DNA of 64,000 bases from a virus (taxonomy: Duplodnaviria; Heunggongvirae; Uroviricota; Caudoviricetes). Below the pieces are notes generated by a model. That model worked only from the letters and a program-made list of their open reading frames with translations. It was not told where the DNA came from and did not search any database. A program made the translations under genes and the position numbers. The DNA lies in IMG/VR virus record IMGVR_UViG_3300010998_000001, positions 27,477 to 91,476 of that record; one strand, written 5' to 3'. Shown piece by piece: positions 9,838 through 20,203 of the stretch. The first letter of the stretch is position 1. Each line of letters starts with the position of its first letter.

Positions 9838-12800
9838 GATATAACAATTATCATAAACACGATCACTATGGTAATCCTTGGATTTCTGACACTGTAACAA
9901 AAGTAGAGGATTATTGTAAACGCGCAGTAGAGCTAGGGCATAGTACCCTATTCACAACCAATCATGGTATGCAAGGTAATATCTTTGATTGCATGGAAAG
10001 CGCACAGAAGTATGGTCTACAAATGTGCTATGGCGCAGAGATGTACTATGTCAAAGATCGTTTTGAGAAAGATCGTTCTAATAGACATATTATCATTATA
10101 GCTAAAAATAATGATGGCGCAATGCAGCTCAATGACATTATTTCGGAAGCGCATTCAACTGGTTTTTACTATAGGCCGCGTATTGACTATGATCTATTGT
10201 TTTCTTTAGATAGCAACAACGTCATTATTACTACTGCCTGTGTTGCCGGACTTTGGCGAGACAACGAGTTAATGTTGGCTCTGCATAGGAAGTTTGGTGA
10301 GAACTTCTTTTTAGAAATGCAAGATCATAACATTGACATTCAAAAAGAAGCAAACAAGAAACTACTTGAATTTAGTAAGATGACTGGAATACCAATCATC
10401 CATGCAAACGATAGTCACTACATTTACCCTTCAGATGATAAGTACAGGGCGCTCTATTTGCGAGCCAAAAGGAATAAGGACGATCAAAACGACTTCGCCG
10501 TAGAAGATGGTATGATCTTGGATTATCCAGACTCAGATACGATTTATGAGAGATATGAAAAACAGGGGATTCTTACCAGGGCGCAAGTAACAGAGGCTAT
10601 TAATAATACTCTAGTCTTTGATAATTGCGAACCAATTACCATTATTAACGATGAGATCAAGCTGCCATCTGTTTCAGATCATCCACAGGAAGAGCTTACA
10701 AAAATCATTTATTCCAACTGGAATAAGGAAAAACAAACTATTCCGGCGCAACTGCATAAGAAATATGAAGATGCTATTGAATATGAGTTGGACATTATTG
10801 ATAAGACTCATATGGCTAATTATTTCTTGATTGATTATTGGGTGGCTAAAAACGGTCAAGAAGTGTATAACGGCAGACTTACCAATACTGGAAGAGGAAG
10901 CGCACCATCTTTCTATGTTACAAAGATGTTGGGACTGACAGATATTGATAGGGTAGAAGCTCCTATTACTCTTTTTCCAACAAGGTTTATGTCTATTGAG
11001 AGAATCCTGGGAATCCGCAGCCTTCCCGACATCGACTTAAACACTACGGATCGGGAGCCGTTTATTCGAGCAACAGAGGATTTACTTGGAGCCGAAAACT
11101 GCGCATGGATGATCTCTTGGAAACCATACAAGGATGCAAGTGCATTTCGCCTTTATTGCAAAGGCATTGGCATGGATATTTCTGAGTACGACGATGTAGC
11201 TAAAAACATTGATGATTACCGCGACGATTCAAAATGGGGGAAACACATCAAAGAGAGTGAACGGTTTGTTGGTGTGGTCGATAGTATTTCTGAATCTCCT
11301 TGTAGTATGCTCTTATATGACAAATCTGTACGAAGAGAGCTTGGATTAGTACGAACACCAAATAAGAAAGTGTGTTGCCTCTTAGATGGTATCAACTGTG
11401 ATAAGTATAAGTATTTGAAAAACGACTATCTCACAGTGACAGTTTGGGCTATCATACGCGACGTTTGCGACATGGCCGGGATTCCAATTCCTACAATTCG
11501 AGAAATGGATAAGCTACTTGATGAAAAGACTTTTAATGTTTATGAAGATGGCTTAACAAGTACGATCAACCAGGCAGATAGTGATTTTGCCACTGGTATC
11601 GTAAAGACGTATAAACCAACAAGTGTATCTGAAATGTCCGCATTTGTGGCAATCATCCGCCCAGGTTGCGCAAGTCTACTGCAAGACTTCATTAACCGCA
11701 AAGATTATACTACTGGCGTTCCAGAGCTTGATGATCTTCTGATCGAAGGCAAACACCGTATGATCTATCAAGAGCTGATTATGAAATATCTGATTTGGCT
11801 AGGAATACCAGAAACAGGATCATACGATATTATCAAGAAGATAGCAAAAAAGAAATTTAAGGAACCAGAGCTTGAAGAATTAAAGGGGAAACTCCTTAAA
11901 GGTTGGATTTCCCGCGTTGGCAAAGAAGATGGATTCAAAGAAACCTGGACTGTCGTTGAACAAGCCGCCCACTATTCTTTCAATGCGAGTCATAGTTTAT
12001 CCTATGCTTACGATAGTCTCTATGGAGCGTATCTGAAATCTCATTATCCATTAGAGTATTACACGGTTGCACTAAACTATTATGCGGATGATAGCAAGAG
12101 AACAATGGCTTTAACGCATGAACTTCCTTATTATAATATTCAACTCAAACCAATTCGATTTCGGTATTCTCGCGCAAAATACGCAGAGTCAAAAGATGAC
12201 AATAGTATATATAAGGGAATAGAATCTATAAAGGATATGAGTGCTAACACAGCAGAAGCCCTATATACCTTGAGAGATAAACAGTATAACTCATTTATGG
12301 AGCTGCTATTTGATGCGAAAGAATTACCAGATACAAAAATAAGCCAAATCAAAATCCTTGCGTCACTTGGCTATTTCAGTGAGTTTGGCGACGAGAACTA
12401 TTTGCTTGAACAAATCAAATTGTTTGAAAGATTCTATGGCAAGGTACAAGTTAAAAAGCTTACTCTTGATGAATTGAATATTCCAATTACTGCGGTTACG
12501 CCGTTTGCCAGTAAAGAGACGGCAAAGCAATTCTCTGGCGTTGATTCAAAAGGTTTTCTAATTGAGGCGGCAAAACATATCAAATATCATCCCCTGAAAC
12601 TCAGCGAGAAGATTAGGGCGCAAATAGAATATTTGGGATATATAGATATTGTTAGTCCGCAATATGATAAGATGGCGGCGGCAATGTCGGTAGATACAAA
12701 GTATGCTCCTAAATTAAAACTCTACTCTTTAAAGAACGGAACAACTTTAGATTGCAAAATTGATAAGCGCACATTCAATAAAGAGAAGATCAAAGAAGGA

Positions 12801-12929
12801 GATATAGTCTCTATCCAAGGTGTGAAACGTAAGCCAAAAGTTCGTAGAACAGAAGATGGCAAATATGTAGAGATACCAGATACTAGCGAACTGTGGATTA
12901 CTAAATATCAAGTTTTACAGAATTTCTAG
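9834..12929 (+). CDS. dnaE: DNA polymerase III alpha subunit (family C, DnaE-type, with PHP and OB domains)
   Basis: PHP motif HKHDHYG, GRGSA, catalytic PDIDLN, YSFNASHS. ATG 9834 overlaps the upstream TGA (ATGA). Confidence 0.95.
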   Translation: MRYNNYHKHDHYGNPWISDTVTKVEDYCKRAVELGHSTLFTTNHGMQGNIFDCMESAQKYGLQMCYGAEMYYVKDRFEKDRSNRHIIIIAKNNDGAMQLNDIISEAHSTGFYYRPRIDYDLLFSLDSNNVIITTACVAGLWRDNELMLALHRKFGENFFLEMQDHNIDIQKEANKKLLEFSKMTGIPIIHANDSHYIYPSDDKYRALYLRAKRNKDDQNDFAVEDGMILDYPDSDTIYERYEKQGILTRAQVTEAINNTLVFDNCEPITIINDEIKLPSVSDHPQEELTKIIYSNWNKEKQTIPAQLHKKYEDAIEYELDIIDKTHMANYFLIDYWVAKNGQEVYNGRLTNTGRGSAPSFYVTKMLGLTDIDRVEAPITLFPTRFMSIERILGIRSLPDIDLNTTDREPFIRATEDLLGAENCAWMISWKPYKDASAFRLYCKGIGMDISEYDDVAKNIDDYRDDSKWGKHIKESERFVGVVDSISESPCSMLLYDKSVRRELGLVRTPNKKVCCLLDGINCDKYKYLKNDYLTVTVWAIIRDVCDMAGIPIPTIREMDKLLDEKTFNVYEDGLTSTINQADSDFATGIVKTYKPTSVSEMSAFVAIIRPGCASLLQDFINRKDYTTGVPELDDLLIEGKHRMIYQELIMKYLIWLGIPETGSYDIIKKIAKKKFKEPELEELKGKLLKGWISRVGKEDGFKETWTVVEQAAHYSFNASHSLSYAYDSLYGAYLKSHYPLEYYTVALNYYADDSKRTMALTHELPYYNIQLKPIRFRYSRAKYAESKDDNSIYKGIESIKDMSANTAEALYTLRDKQYNSFMELLFDAKELPDTKISQIKILASLGYFSEFGDENYLLEQIKLFERFYGKVQVKKLTLDELNIPITAVTPFASKETAKQFSGVDSKGFLIEAAKHIKYHPLKLSEKIRAQIEYLGYIDIVSPQYDKMAAAMSVDTKYAPKLKLYSLKNGTTLDCKIDKRTFNKEKIKEGDIVSIQGVKRKPKVRRTEDGKYVEIPDTSELWITKYQVLQNF

Positions 12930-12939
12930 GAGAATTAAA

Positions 12940-13284
12940 ATGAAACAATTTTCTATTTCTTACGAACAGTTTGAGGACTATATGAATGGGATTGTTAAAC
13001 GGCGCAAATTGCGTCACGCCATTAGCGATCTAACATTTGAATATCGTAAGACATCTAGTGACATGGCAGAGATCGAGCTTCCGGCAGATGCAGATTATGA
13101 TGTCCTAAGTCTACTGGCGATCCTAACGGACGATGAGGATGATTGGATTGAGTATTGGGTTGATGAATTGGATTGCGGCGAAAAGTATGTTGAAGGCAAG
13201 ATCGTTGACGTGAATGATAAACCCATCCCGTGCAAAACAATAAAAGACCTTTGGGAGTTGCTTTTGCACGTTGATGAACCGTAA
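12940..13284 (+). CDS. hypothetical protein
   Basis: 114-aa acidic ORF with a GGAG SD. Confidence 0.7.
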   Translation: MKQFSISYEQFEDYMNGIVKRRKLRHAISDLTFEYRKTSSDMAEIELPADADYDVLSLLAILTDDEDDWIEYWVDELDCGEKYVEGKIVDVNDKPIPCKTIKDLWELLLHVDEP

Positions 13285-13395
13285 ATTTGGCAAAATGATT
13301 TTATTTGCATCATTTTACAATAAAACTTGTTTTTTAACAGGAAACCGACATAACGAAAACGCCCAATTCATGGGGGTTTTGGAAAGGAGGCACTT

Positions 13396-13854
13396 ATGAC
13401 AATTCCTGAATGTCAGGTTGAAACGCTCAAACATATTGAAAAAGTCAGAGAGATCATGCGCATTTTTGTTTCAAAGCTGGTTACTAGAGCTTTAGAGCAT
13501 GATCGCCTAAAGCTTGAGAGTCCAGAGGTAGAAATCTTCGCGGAGTACACTCCAAAGCTGGCAGAAACAACATATGGCAGCGAAGAGTATAAGCAGTACC
13601 TTGAAGAAATGAATGGCGCTCTGAAACATCACTATGCTAATTACAGACACCATCCAGAACATTTTGATAAGGGGATTAACGATATGAACCTTGTTGATAT
13701 TGTAGAAATGTTCTGCGACTGGAAAGCATCTTCAATGCGCCATACAGATGGCAACCTGCTAAAGAGCATTGAAATCAATGCGGAGCGTTTTGGCATAACA
13801 CCGCAACTTAAAAAGATTCTTGTGAATACGGCAAAAATGTTTGATGAACAGTGA
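13396..13854 (+). CDS. DUF5662-like protein
   Basis: HDRLKL...E and HHYANYRHHPEHF...M..DW motifs. Strong SD. Confidence 0.7.
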   Translation: MTIPECQVETLKHIEKVREIMRIFVSKLVTRALEHDRLKLESPEVEIFAEYTPKLAETTYGSEEYKQYLEEMNGALKHHYANYRHHPEHFDKGINDMNLVDIVEMFCDWKASSMRHTDGNLLKSIEINAERFGITPQLKKILVNTAKMFDEQ

Positions 13855-13862
13855 GGTAATTC

Positions 13863-14171
13863 ATGGACGAAGAAAAAGTGATTGTCGAAGATGACAAGAC
13901 AAATCCTGGCTTGACAGAAGAACAGGAGAAACTATTAGAGGAAACTCTAAAAGAAGAGTTTGAAAAGGTGCGCAATAGCAGTATGATTCACGGTGCGCGA
14001 ATGGTAGCTGGTGTTGTCATCGGATTTGCCAAGGATAAAAAGAAACCATATAATCAGCGGCTAAATACTATTATTAAGTTTTGCAATACTGTTATGGCAA
14101 ACACAAAAAAGAGAGCTGATGAAATCGGATTAGATTTGGAAACTGGCAACCATGAATCAGAAGAAAAGTAA
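13863..14171 (+). CDS. hypothetical protein
   Basis: 102-aa ORF with a GAGG SD. Confidence 0.7.
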   Translation: MDEEKVIVEDDKTNPGLTEEQEKLLEETLKEEFEKVRNSSMIHGARMVAGVVIGFAKDKKKPYNQRLNTIIKFCNTVMANTKKRADEIGLDLETGNHESEEK

Positions 14172-14182
14172 TATTTTCTTTA

Positions 14183-14211
14183 TTGTATCAGTTATAAAAA
14201 ATATATACAAT
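14183..14211 (+). promoter_or_regulatory. sigmaA-like promoter of the nucleotide-metabolism operon
   Basis: TTGTAT (14183-14188), 17-bp spacer, TACAAT (14206-14211) in an AT-rich gap before thyX. Confidence 0.5.
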
Positions 14212-14247
14212 TTACAACAAAATTCATAAAATAATATAGGAGAATCT

Positions 14248-14949
14248 ATGGGAACAGTAACAATTTTACCAGAGACAACGAAAGACCCGATCTCTCTTAT
14301 TGGCCGAAGAGCTGGCATCTGTTGGGGCGCTGATATTTCCGATCCTGTGAAGAATTATAAACGCGGCCTAGATTGTCTTGAATCAGAGCATGGCCGTACA
14401 CTTGAGTTTCCAGATGTTGAATTGCTATTAGACGGTTATTCAGCTCGTGTTATTCGAGAGTGGTACACGCACATTGGTTGTTTACCAACCAGATTACAGG
14501 CATCTACAAGATATATCAATTATAAGAATCCAAGTTATATAATCCCGCCAAGCATTGAGAATAATGAATTTGCGAAAATTCGTTACATCAATACGATGAA
14601 CATGCTGTTTGAAACATTGGGCGCTCTTGAGGATATTGGCATCCCTCGTGAGGATGCTGCTAATATTTTGCCACTTGGAATGACTACTCGAATTGTTGAT
14701 AAGAGAAATCTTAGAAACTATATTGATATGTCTCATCAAAGAATGTGTAATCGTGCGCTATGGGAATTTCGTGGTCTGTTCTCTGACATTCGTAAAGAGC
14801 TAAGAGAATACTCGGATGAATGGAAAGAAATAGTTGATGGTTACTTAATTCCAAAGTGCGAATATCGCGGATTTTGCACAGAGAAGTATAGTTGCGGCAG
14901 AAAACCTAAACTTGATAGGGCAAAACAAACTAACAATGGAAACGTTTGA
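14248..14949 (+). CDS. thyX: FAD-dependent thymidylate synthase
   Basis: H.RTLEF, SARVIREWYTH...QASTRY, REDAANILPLG, R.CNRA.WEFR. Confidence 0.9.
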   Translation: MGTVTILPETTKDPISLIGRRAGICWGADISDPVKNYKRGLDCLESEHGRTLEFPDVELLLDGYSARVIREWYTHIGCLPTRLQASTRYINYKNPSYIIPPSIENNEFAKIRYINTMNMLFETLGALEDIGIPREDAANILPLGMTTRIVDKRNLRNYIDMSHQRMCNRALWEFRGLFSDIRKELREYSDEWKEIVDGYLIPKCEYRGFCTEKYSCGRKPKLDRAKQTNNGNV

Positions 14950-15175
14950 AAATCAATGCGTAGATTGTGGCCTACCTTGTTTAGTTTACTGCCCATATAA
15001 AAATGTCAGAGTCGTATATTGTGATTCATGCGGCTCTGACAATGCAGAATATTCGATTGATGGAGCTGACTATTGCGACAAATGCGCAAGAAAATTTCTC
15101 CTAGATTCATTTGATGATCTTAGCATTTATGAACAAGCAGAAGCGCTACAGCTCGACATTGCAACAATCGAATAA
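14936..15175 (+). CDS. small Cys-rich (zinc-finger) protein
   Basis: CVDCG..C...C, CDSC and CDKC motifs. Confidence 0.65.
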   Translation: METFENQCVDCGLPCLVYCPYKNVRVVYCDSCGSDNAEYSIDGADYCDKCARKFLLDSFDDLSIYEQAEALQLDIATIE

Positions 15176-15192
15176 ATGAAAGGACTAAATCA

Positions 15193-15762
15193 ATGATTGT
15201 AATTTTAGGAGAAAGTGCATCTGGCAAAACATCTTTGGTAAACGATCTGATTAAGTCAAATCCAGTTTATCAAAAGGTTGTAACATATACTACTCGCCCT
15301 ATGCGCCCAGGTGAAGTAGACGGCGTTGACTATCATTTTGTAGATGAAAAAACTTATCTAGGCTTACAGAAAGAAGGATTCTTTGCGGAGAGTGCTGAGT
15401 ATAGAGGTTGGTATTACGGTACGCCAGCAGATGAATGTAAGAAACCAAACTCAATTATTATTCTAACTCCACATGGTTTGCGCTCATTAAAAGCACTTGG
15501 CTATGAGATTATTTCCGTTTATCTCTATGTTGATCGCAGATCACGCCTTATCAATCTTCTTTGTCGCGGAGATGATATTGAAGAGGCATATCGAAGAAGT
15601 CTTTCCGATGTAGGCCAATTTGACGGTGTTGAAGATGAAGTTGATTATATTATCGACAATACAAAATACCAAATGACAGAAGAAGATGTTTTGCAATGTC
15701 TGAAAAATATTCTAATTGTTAAATCCCCCCGAAACAGAATACGAACAGATGTCAATGTTTGA
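15193..15762 (+). CDS. gmk: guanylate kinase-like nucleotide kinase
   Basis: GESASGKT, TYTTRPMRPGEVDGVDYHFV, WYYGT. Confidence 0.9.
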   Translation: MIVILGESASGKTSLVNDLIKSNPVYQKVVTYTTRPMRPGEVDGVDYHFVDEKTYLGLQKEGFFAESAEYRGWYYGTPADECKKPNSIIILTPHGLRSLKALGYEIISVYLYVDRRSRLINLLCRGDDIEEAYRRSLSDVGQFDGVEDEVDYIIDNTKYQMTEEDVLQCLKNILIVKSPRNRIRTDVNV

Positions 15763-16235
15763 GAACGGAGAAAAGATTGAGAACGTATAAGATTTATACA
15801 GCAGGGAAGATGAGCGGTCTTTCACAAGATGAACAGATTGGTTGGCGTTTTGATATAGCCAGAGCAATATTGAATGCCATCCAAAATAAATTCGATCCCC
15901 CGAAAATCGAATTTATACATCCGCCGCTTTTCTATCAATATGGCGCTGAGTATCACAAGAGCGAAAGAGAAGTAAAGGAATGGGATACAACTCAAGTGAT
16001 GAACAGCGATATTGTTATTGTCAATACAGATTATGTGGCTGATAGTACAGGAACACACTTTGAGCTGGCTATGTGTGATGCGGTAAACAGGCTATCAAAC
16101 AAGCATATTTTTGTAATTGGTATTGGCAAAACCAAGCCGGAAGAATTACATCCTTGGATCGCAGAAAGTATTATGCGATACGAAGAGAATGTATATGATG
16201 CCGCTGAGTATATCGCTGATTATCTTCTAGTTTAA
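15759..16235 (+). CDS. nucleoside 2-deoxyribosyltransferase-like protein
   Basis: KIYTAGKMSG, D.....SDIVIV, STGTHFEL. Confidence 0.75.
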   Translation: MRTEKRLRTYKIYTAGKMSGLSQDEQIGWRFDIARAILNAIQNKFDPPKIEFIHPPLFYQYGAEYHKSEREVKEWDTTQVMNSDIVIVNTDYVADSTGTHFELAMCDAVNRLSNKHIFVIGIGKTKPEELHPWIAESIMRYEENVYDAAEYIADYLLV

Positions 16236-16456
16236 TGGAGGATGTAATGACAACAATTCTTTATAGCACTGGTTGCCCTCGTTGCAACATTCTCAAGAAA
16301 AAATTAGATGCCAAAAATATTACATACACGGAGTTCACAGACAGAGAACAAATGATTGCCATGGGCTTTAATGATATACCCATTCTTTCTGTGGATGATA
16401 AGTTGATGGATTTTGCGGCAGCTAATGATTGGGTTAATAATTATGGCGGAGATTGA
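16235..16456 (+). CDS. NrdH/glutaredoxin-like redoxin
   Basis: YSTGCPRC CxxC motif and a P.L.VD motif. Sits directly before nrdD. Confidence 0.85.
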   Translation: MEDVMTTILYSTGCPRCNILKKKLDAKNITYTEFTDREQMIAMGFNDIPILSVDDKLMDFAAANDWVNNYGGD

Positions 16457-16459
16457 TAT

Positions 16460-18436
16460 ATGCAAATTGAATTAAACTTATCTAAAGATTTTGAGCGGTG
16501 TCTTGATGAACTAAAGAAAAAGTATGGCGAAGATTTTGAATATATTAATGGTGTTCATCCTAGTCAATTAGATTTCTCTGAGTTTATTGATAACTTTGTA
16601 GATAAAGATACCCTGGCAGACGCAAGCATTGATCCTAATGCAAATGCTAACCATAAAGATATTCGTAGCTTTATGACTGAAAAAGGAAAGAGCGAAGATA
16701 AGCTGTTTGGCCTCAATAAGATTTTCATGGAAATCAAAAAGATGTGGGGGTTACGCACAGCCAAACAATGGCTCGAACAGGAATTTAGCAAAGGGTTCTA
16801 TTTGAATGATAGTACCACCGCAAGCTATTTCCCGTATTGCTGGGCGAACGATCTAACGCGGCTTGCCACAGAAGGATTGTTCTTCCTTGACAATTACAAT
16901 AACCAAGCACCAAAACACTTAACCACTTATTTTGATGATGTGATTGAGTTCGTTTCGTTCCTGTCCAACCGTCAAAGCGGAGCTGTTGGACTTCCGAATA
17001 TTCTTATTTGGGCATGGTGGTTTTGGAAGATTGACGTTGAAAAGGGTTATTACATGAAAAACCCTGATTATTACCTTCGCCAGCAATTCCAGAAACTTAT
17101 TTATCGACTTAACCAGCCTTTCTTGCGGATAGATCAAAGTGCCTTTACCAACGTTTCTATTTTCGATCATCCTTACTTAGAGTCAATCTTTGGTGGTGTA
17201 GAGTTCCCTGATGGCACGTTCGCCATCGACCACATTGAAGATATTATCGAAGTTCAAAAGATTTTCATGGAAGTGGTTGCTGAGATTCGCGGTGAACAGA
17301 ATATGTTTACATATCCAGTTTTGACATATTCGTTGCTAAAGCGAAACAACATCACGCCAGAAGAAGTTGAAGAGATGACGCGGACAAGAGAATGGGACGT
17401 TTTTGTTGATGTACCATTTGCCCGTTGGTGTAGCGATCACAACATTGATTGGAGCGATTCAAATTTCTTCTGTTCTGATAATGTTGGTGTCTTGTCTAAT
17501 TGCTGCCGACTTCTTAGCGACACAACAAAGCTTGATGCCTTTATTAACAGTATTGGCGGCACGGCGCTTTCTGTTGGCTCATGCAGAGTAAGTACAATCA
17601 ACCTTGTGCGCATTGCCTATGAGAGCGAATTTGATAAGAAGAAGTATTTAAAGATTCTGAGACAAAGAGTTCTCCTTGATTGCAAGGCGCTAGCTTCCAT
17701 GCGTCATGTGATTCAGAGAAATATTGAAAAGGGTCTTTTGCCTAACTACCAGGATGGAGCAGTAGAGCTTAGTAAGCAGTTCTGCACTATTGGTGGCATT
17801 GGTATGTATGAAGTCATGGATTTGTTTGGCTTAATTATTACAGATGAAATCGGCAATAAGAGTTATTCAGATGAGGCGGTTGAATTTGCCACAGAAATTC
17901 TCGATGCAATGAATGAGGTTAAGGATTCTTTTGAATGTGATTTCTCATTCAACATCGAAATGATCCCTGCCGAGAATTGCGCCGGAGTCATCTGCCAAGC
18001 CGACAACCTACTGTTTGAACAGAATAAATACTTCATTTATAGCAATCAATGGATTCCTTTGATGGAACCTTGTTCCATTCAAGAGAAGTGTCGCCTTGGA
18101 TCATTGTTTGATGAAAAGTGTGGCGGTGGTTGTATCGCCCATATCAACATCGAAAATCGTTTCCCGAATGAAGATGTTGCATGGGATATGCTTAACTACG
18201 TTGCGGCACATGGCGTAATCTATTTTGCTTTTACAACTAAGATTAGTGTGTGTCAGCATAAACACGCCTTTATTGGAACATCAACTTGCCCGAAGTGCGG
18301 AGAACCAATTGCAGATACTTACGCTCGCGTAGTCGGTTTTTATACTCCAATTAGTAGCTATCAGAGGATTCGTAAGAATGAATTTGATAAGCGCCGCTGG
18401 ATGAATGTCTTAGAGAAAGATGGGATCATGCAATAA
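16460..18436 (+). CDS. nrdD: anaerobic (class III) ribonucleotide reductase, no ATP cone
   Basis: SNCCRL finger-loop Cys pair, EMIPAE, C..H...CPKC zinc site, glycyl-radical motif RVVGFY. Confidence 0.93.
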   Translation: MQIELNLSKDFERCLDELKKKYGEDFEYINGVHPSQLDFSEFIDNFVDKDTLADASIDPNANANHKDIRSFMTEKGKSEDKLFGLNKIFMEIKKMWGLRTAKQWLEQEFSKGFYLNDSTTASYFPYCWANDLTRLATEGLFFLDNYNNQAPKHLTTYFDDVIEFVSFLSNRQSGAVGLPNILIWAWWFWKIDVEKGYYMKNPDYYLRQQFQKLIYRLNQPFLRIDQSAFTNVSIFDHPYLESIFGGVEFPDGTFAIDHIEDIIEVQKIFMEVVAEIRGEQNMFTYPVLTYSLLKRNNITPEEVEEMTRTREWDVFVDVPFARWCSDHNIDWSDSNFFCSDNVGVLSNCCRLLSDTTKLDAFINSIGGTALSVGSCRVSTINLVRIAYESEFDKKKYLKILRQRVLLDCKALASMRHVIQRNIEKGLLPNYQDGAVELSKQFCTIGGIGMYEVMDLFGLIITDEIGNKSYSDEAVEFATEILDAMNEVKDSFECDFSFNIEMIPAENCAGVICQADNLLFEQNKYFIYSNQWIPLMEPCSIQEKCRLGSLFDEKCGGGCIAHINIENRFPNEDVAWDMLNYVAAHGVIYFAFTTKISVCQHKHAFIGTSTCPKCGEPIADTYARVVGFYTPISSYQRIRKNEFDKRRWMNVLEKDGIMQ

Positions 18437-18918
18437 TGCGGCTCAAGAATATTGTTGCAGAAGATTTCTGCAATTATAGAAAACCATCACTGTTTATTGT
18501 TTCTGCCACTTGCGATTGGAAGTGTTGCAAGGAACAAGGTTTAGATATAGGGGTGTGTCAAAACGCACCCCTTGTATCTCAGCCGACTACAGATATTAGT
18601 GATGAAGATATATATAAGACATTCCACGAAAACGATATAACACAGGCTGTGATAATCGGCGGATTAGAACCAATACTTCAAATCAAAGAAGTTGAAACAC
18701 TGATTAAATGCTTTCGAGATCGCGGCGAAAACTGCGAATTTGTCATTTATACGGGCTATTATCCTAACGAAATCACGAATGAAATTCGACTTTTATCACA
18801 GTACGAAAATATCATTATCAAATTTGGGCGCTTTATACCAGATAGCGAGTCAGTATATGATGAATTATTAGGAATAACGCTCGTCTCAAATAATCAGTTC
18901 GCCATGAGGATTTCATAA
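18436..18918 (+). CDS. nrdG: NrdD activase (radical SAM)
   Basis: CDWKCC cluster motif, GGLEP, YTGY. Confidence 0.88.
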   Translation: MRLKNIVAEDFCNYRKPSLFIVSATCDWKCCKEQGLDIGVCQNAPLVSQPTTDISDEDIYKTFHENDITQAVIIGGLEPILQIKEVETLIKCFRDRGENCEFVIYTGYYPNEITNEIRLLSQYENIIIKFGRFIPDSESVYDELLGITLVSNNQFAMRIS

Positions 18919-19103
18919 TGAAGATTACTTTAAATCCAGATAAAGAGTATGTAGCTGAAATTAAGGAAGCTCTCAAAAACAATAATGGCTATTGCCCTTG
19001 CCGCCTTGAACATACACCAGAAACAAGGTGTATGTGTAAAGAGTTCCGCGACATGGACGAAGGAATGTGCCATTGTGGATTATATATTAAAGAGAAAGAT
19101 TGA
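18918..19103 (+). CDS. mini ferredoxin-thioredoxin reductase catalytic-subunit-like protein
   Basis: GYCPC...CMC...CHCGLY, the CPC/CxC/CHC signature. Confidence 0.8.
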   Translation: MKITLNPDKEYVAEIKEALKNNNGYCPCRLEHTPETRCMCKEFRDMDEGMCHCGLYIKEKD

Positions 19104-19113
19104 GGAATAAAAA

Positions 19114-19524
19114 ATGAAGATAGTTTTAGACGAGAAAGCAATTATGCCAACCAGGGCGCACAATACGGATGCTGGGCTTGATCTATATTCTCCCAAGGAG
19201 TTTGTTGTTCGGGCGCACAATTCGGCCACGATTGATACGGGTGTCCATGTAGAAATTCCTGAAGGGTATGCCGGATTTCTAAAAAGTAAGTCTGGCCTCA
19301 ATGTCAAATGGAGTATCCAATCTGACGGTGTAATTGATACTGGCTATACTGGCTCTATTGTTGTTAAGCTATATAACCATGCCAATGTCCCATATGTGTT
19401 CAAGAAGGGCGATAAGATCACCCAGCTTGTTCTTGTGAAGATTGATCTGCCGGAGCTTGAAGTGGTTGATAGCCTAGAGGAAACAGAGCGCGGCGATAAC
19501 GGATTTGGTAGCAGCGGACGATGA
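19114..19524 (+). CDS. dut: trimeric dUTPase
   Basis: DAGLDL, KSGL, GVIDTGYTG, TERGDNGFGSSG. Confidence 0.95.
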   Translation: MKIVLDEKAIMPTRAHNTDAGLDLYSPKEFVVRAHNSATIDTGVHVEIPEGYAGFLKSKSGLNVKWSIQSDGVIDTGYTGSIVVKLYNHANVPYVFKKGDKITQLVLVKIDLPELEVVDSLEETERGDNGFGSSGR

Positions 19525-19886
19525 CACTAATACAACTTCTTTCTATTAAAATTAGCCAAGAAACAAGGCCGGATATGACGCAAGAGCAAACCGCATATGT
19601 ATCTGGGCTAGCAGATGCTCTTGAAATAGTTAAAAAATTTGAAGTAAATAATTTGGAAGTTGGTAAAAAATACTTTGTTGTATTGCGCGGCCAAGGCGGT
19701 AGTCCGAATTGTATTCGCAAAATGGAGTTATACCGCATCAACCGAAAAGATGTTTACTCATATTGTTTTGTGGATGTCAACGATCCTGACAAGAAGCTAA
19801 TTCTCCATAATAAAAAGAGCATTGAAAAAAGAGTGTTTGAAACAGCGGAAGAAGCCGAGAAACTAAAAGACTTAGCATTTATTTAG
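19521..19886 (+). CDS. hypothetical protein
   Basis: 121-aa ORF with an ATGA overlap to dut. Confidence 0.65.
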   Translation: MTLIQLLSIKISQETRPDMTQEQTAYVSGLADALEIVKKFEVNNLEVGKKYFVVLRGQGGSPNCIRKMELYRINRKDVYSYCFVDVNDPDKKLILHNKKSIEKRVFETAEEAEKLKDLAFI

Positions 19887-19911
19887 GGCGGGAGAAATCT
19901 CGCCCTTATTT
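19885..19911 (+). terminator. intrinsic terminator/attenuator before xis
   Basis: AGGGCGGGA-GAAA-TCTCGCCCT stem with one G.U pair, followed by TATTT. Confidence 0.6.
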
Positions 19912-19937
19912 GGCAAGGAGGAATAACTATTACATTA

Positions 19938-20126
19938 TTGCCACATCAAAAAATCTGTTTGACAATTGATGAAGCTGGCGCTTATTCAAGTATAGGGCAA
20001 AACAGATTGCGAGCTATTATAGAAGAAAATCCAACATATGATTGGATTTTACATAAGGGTAAACACATACTCATTAAACGCCCATTATTTGAACAATGGT
20101 TAATGGAGGTAAAATATGTGGAATGA
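19938..20126 (+). CDS. xis: Tn916-type excisionase
   Basis: LTIDEAGAYSSIGQNRLR...ILIKRPLFEQWL winged-helix pattern, directly upstream of the integrase. Confidence 0.8.
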   Translation: MPHQKICLTIDEAGAYSSIGQNRLRAIIEENPTYDWILHKGKHILIKRPLFEQWLMEVKYVE

Positions 20127-20130
20127 CCTA

Positions 20131-20160
20131 TTGACTTATTACCGAATCTTACTGTATAAT
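20131..20160 (+). promoter_or_regulatory. sigmaA promoter of the integrase
   Basis: TTGACT (20131-20136), 18-bp spacer, TATAAT (20155-20160). Confidence 0.7.
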
Positions 20161-20203
20161 ACAATAACACTTGTGTTGCCGTCTAATGAAAGGCGGTGTC
20201 TGA

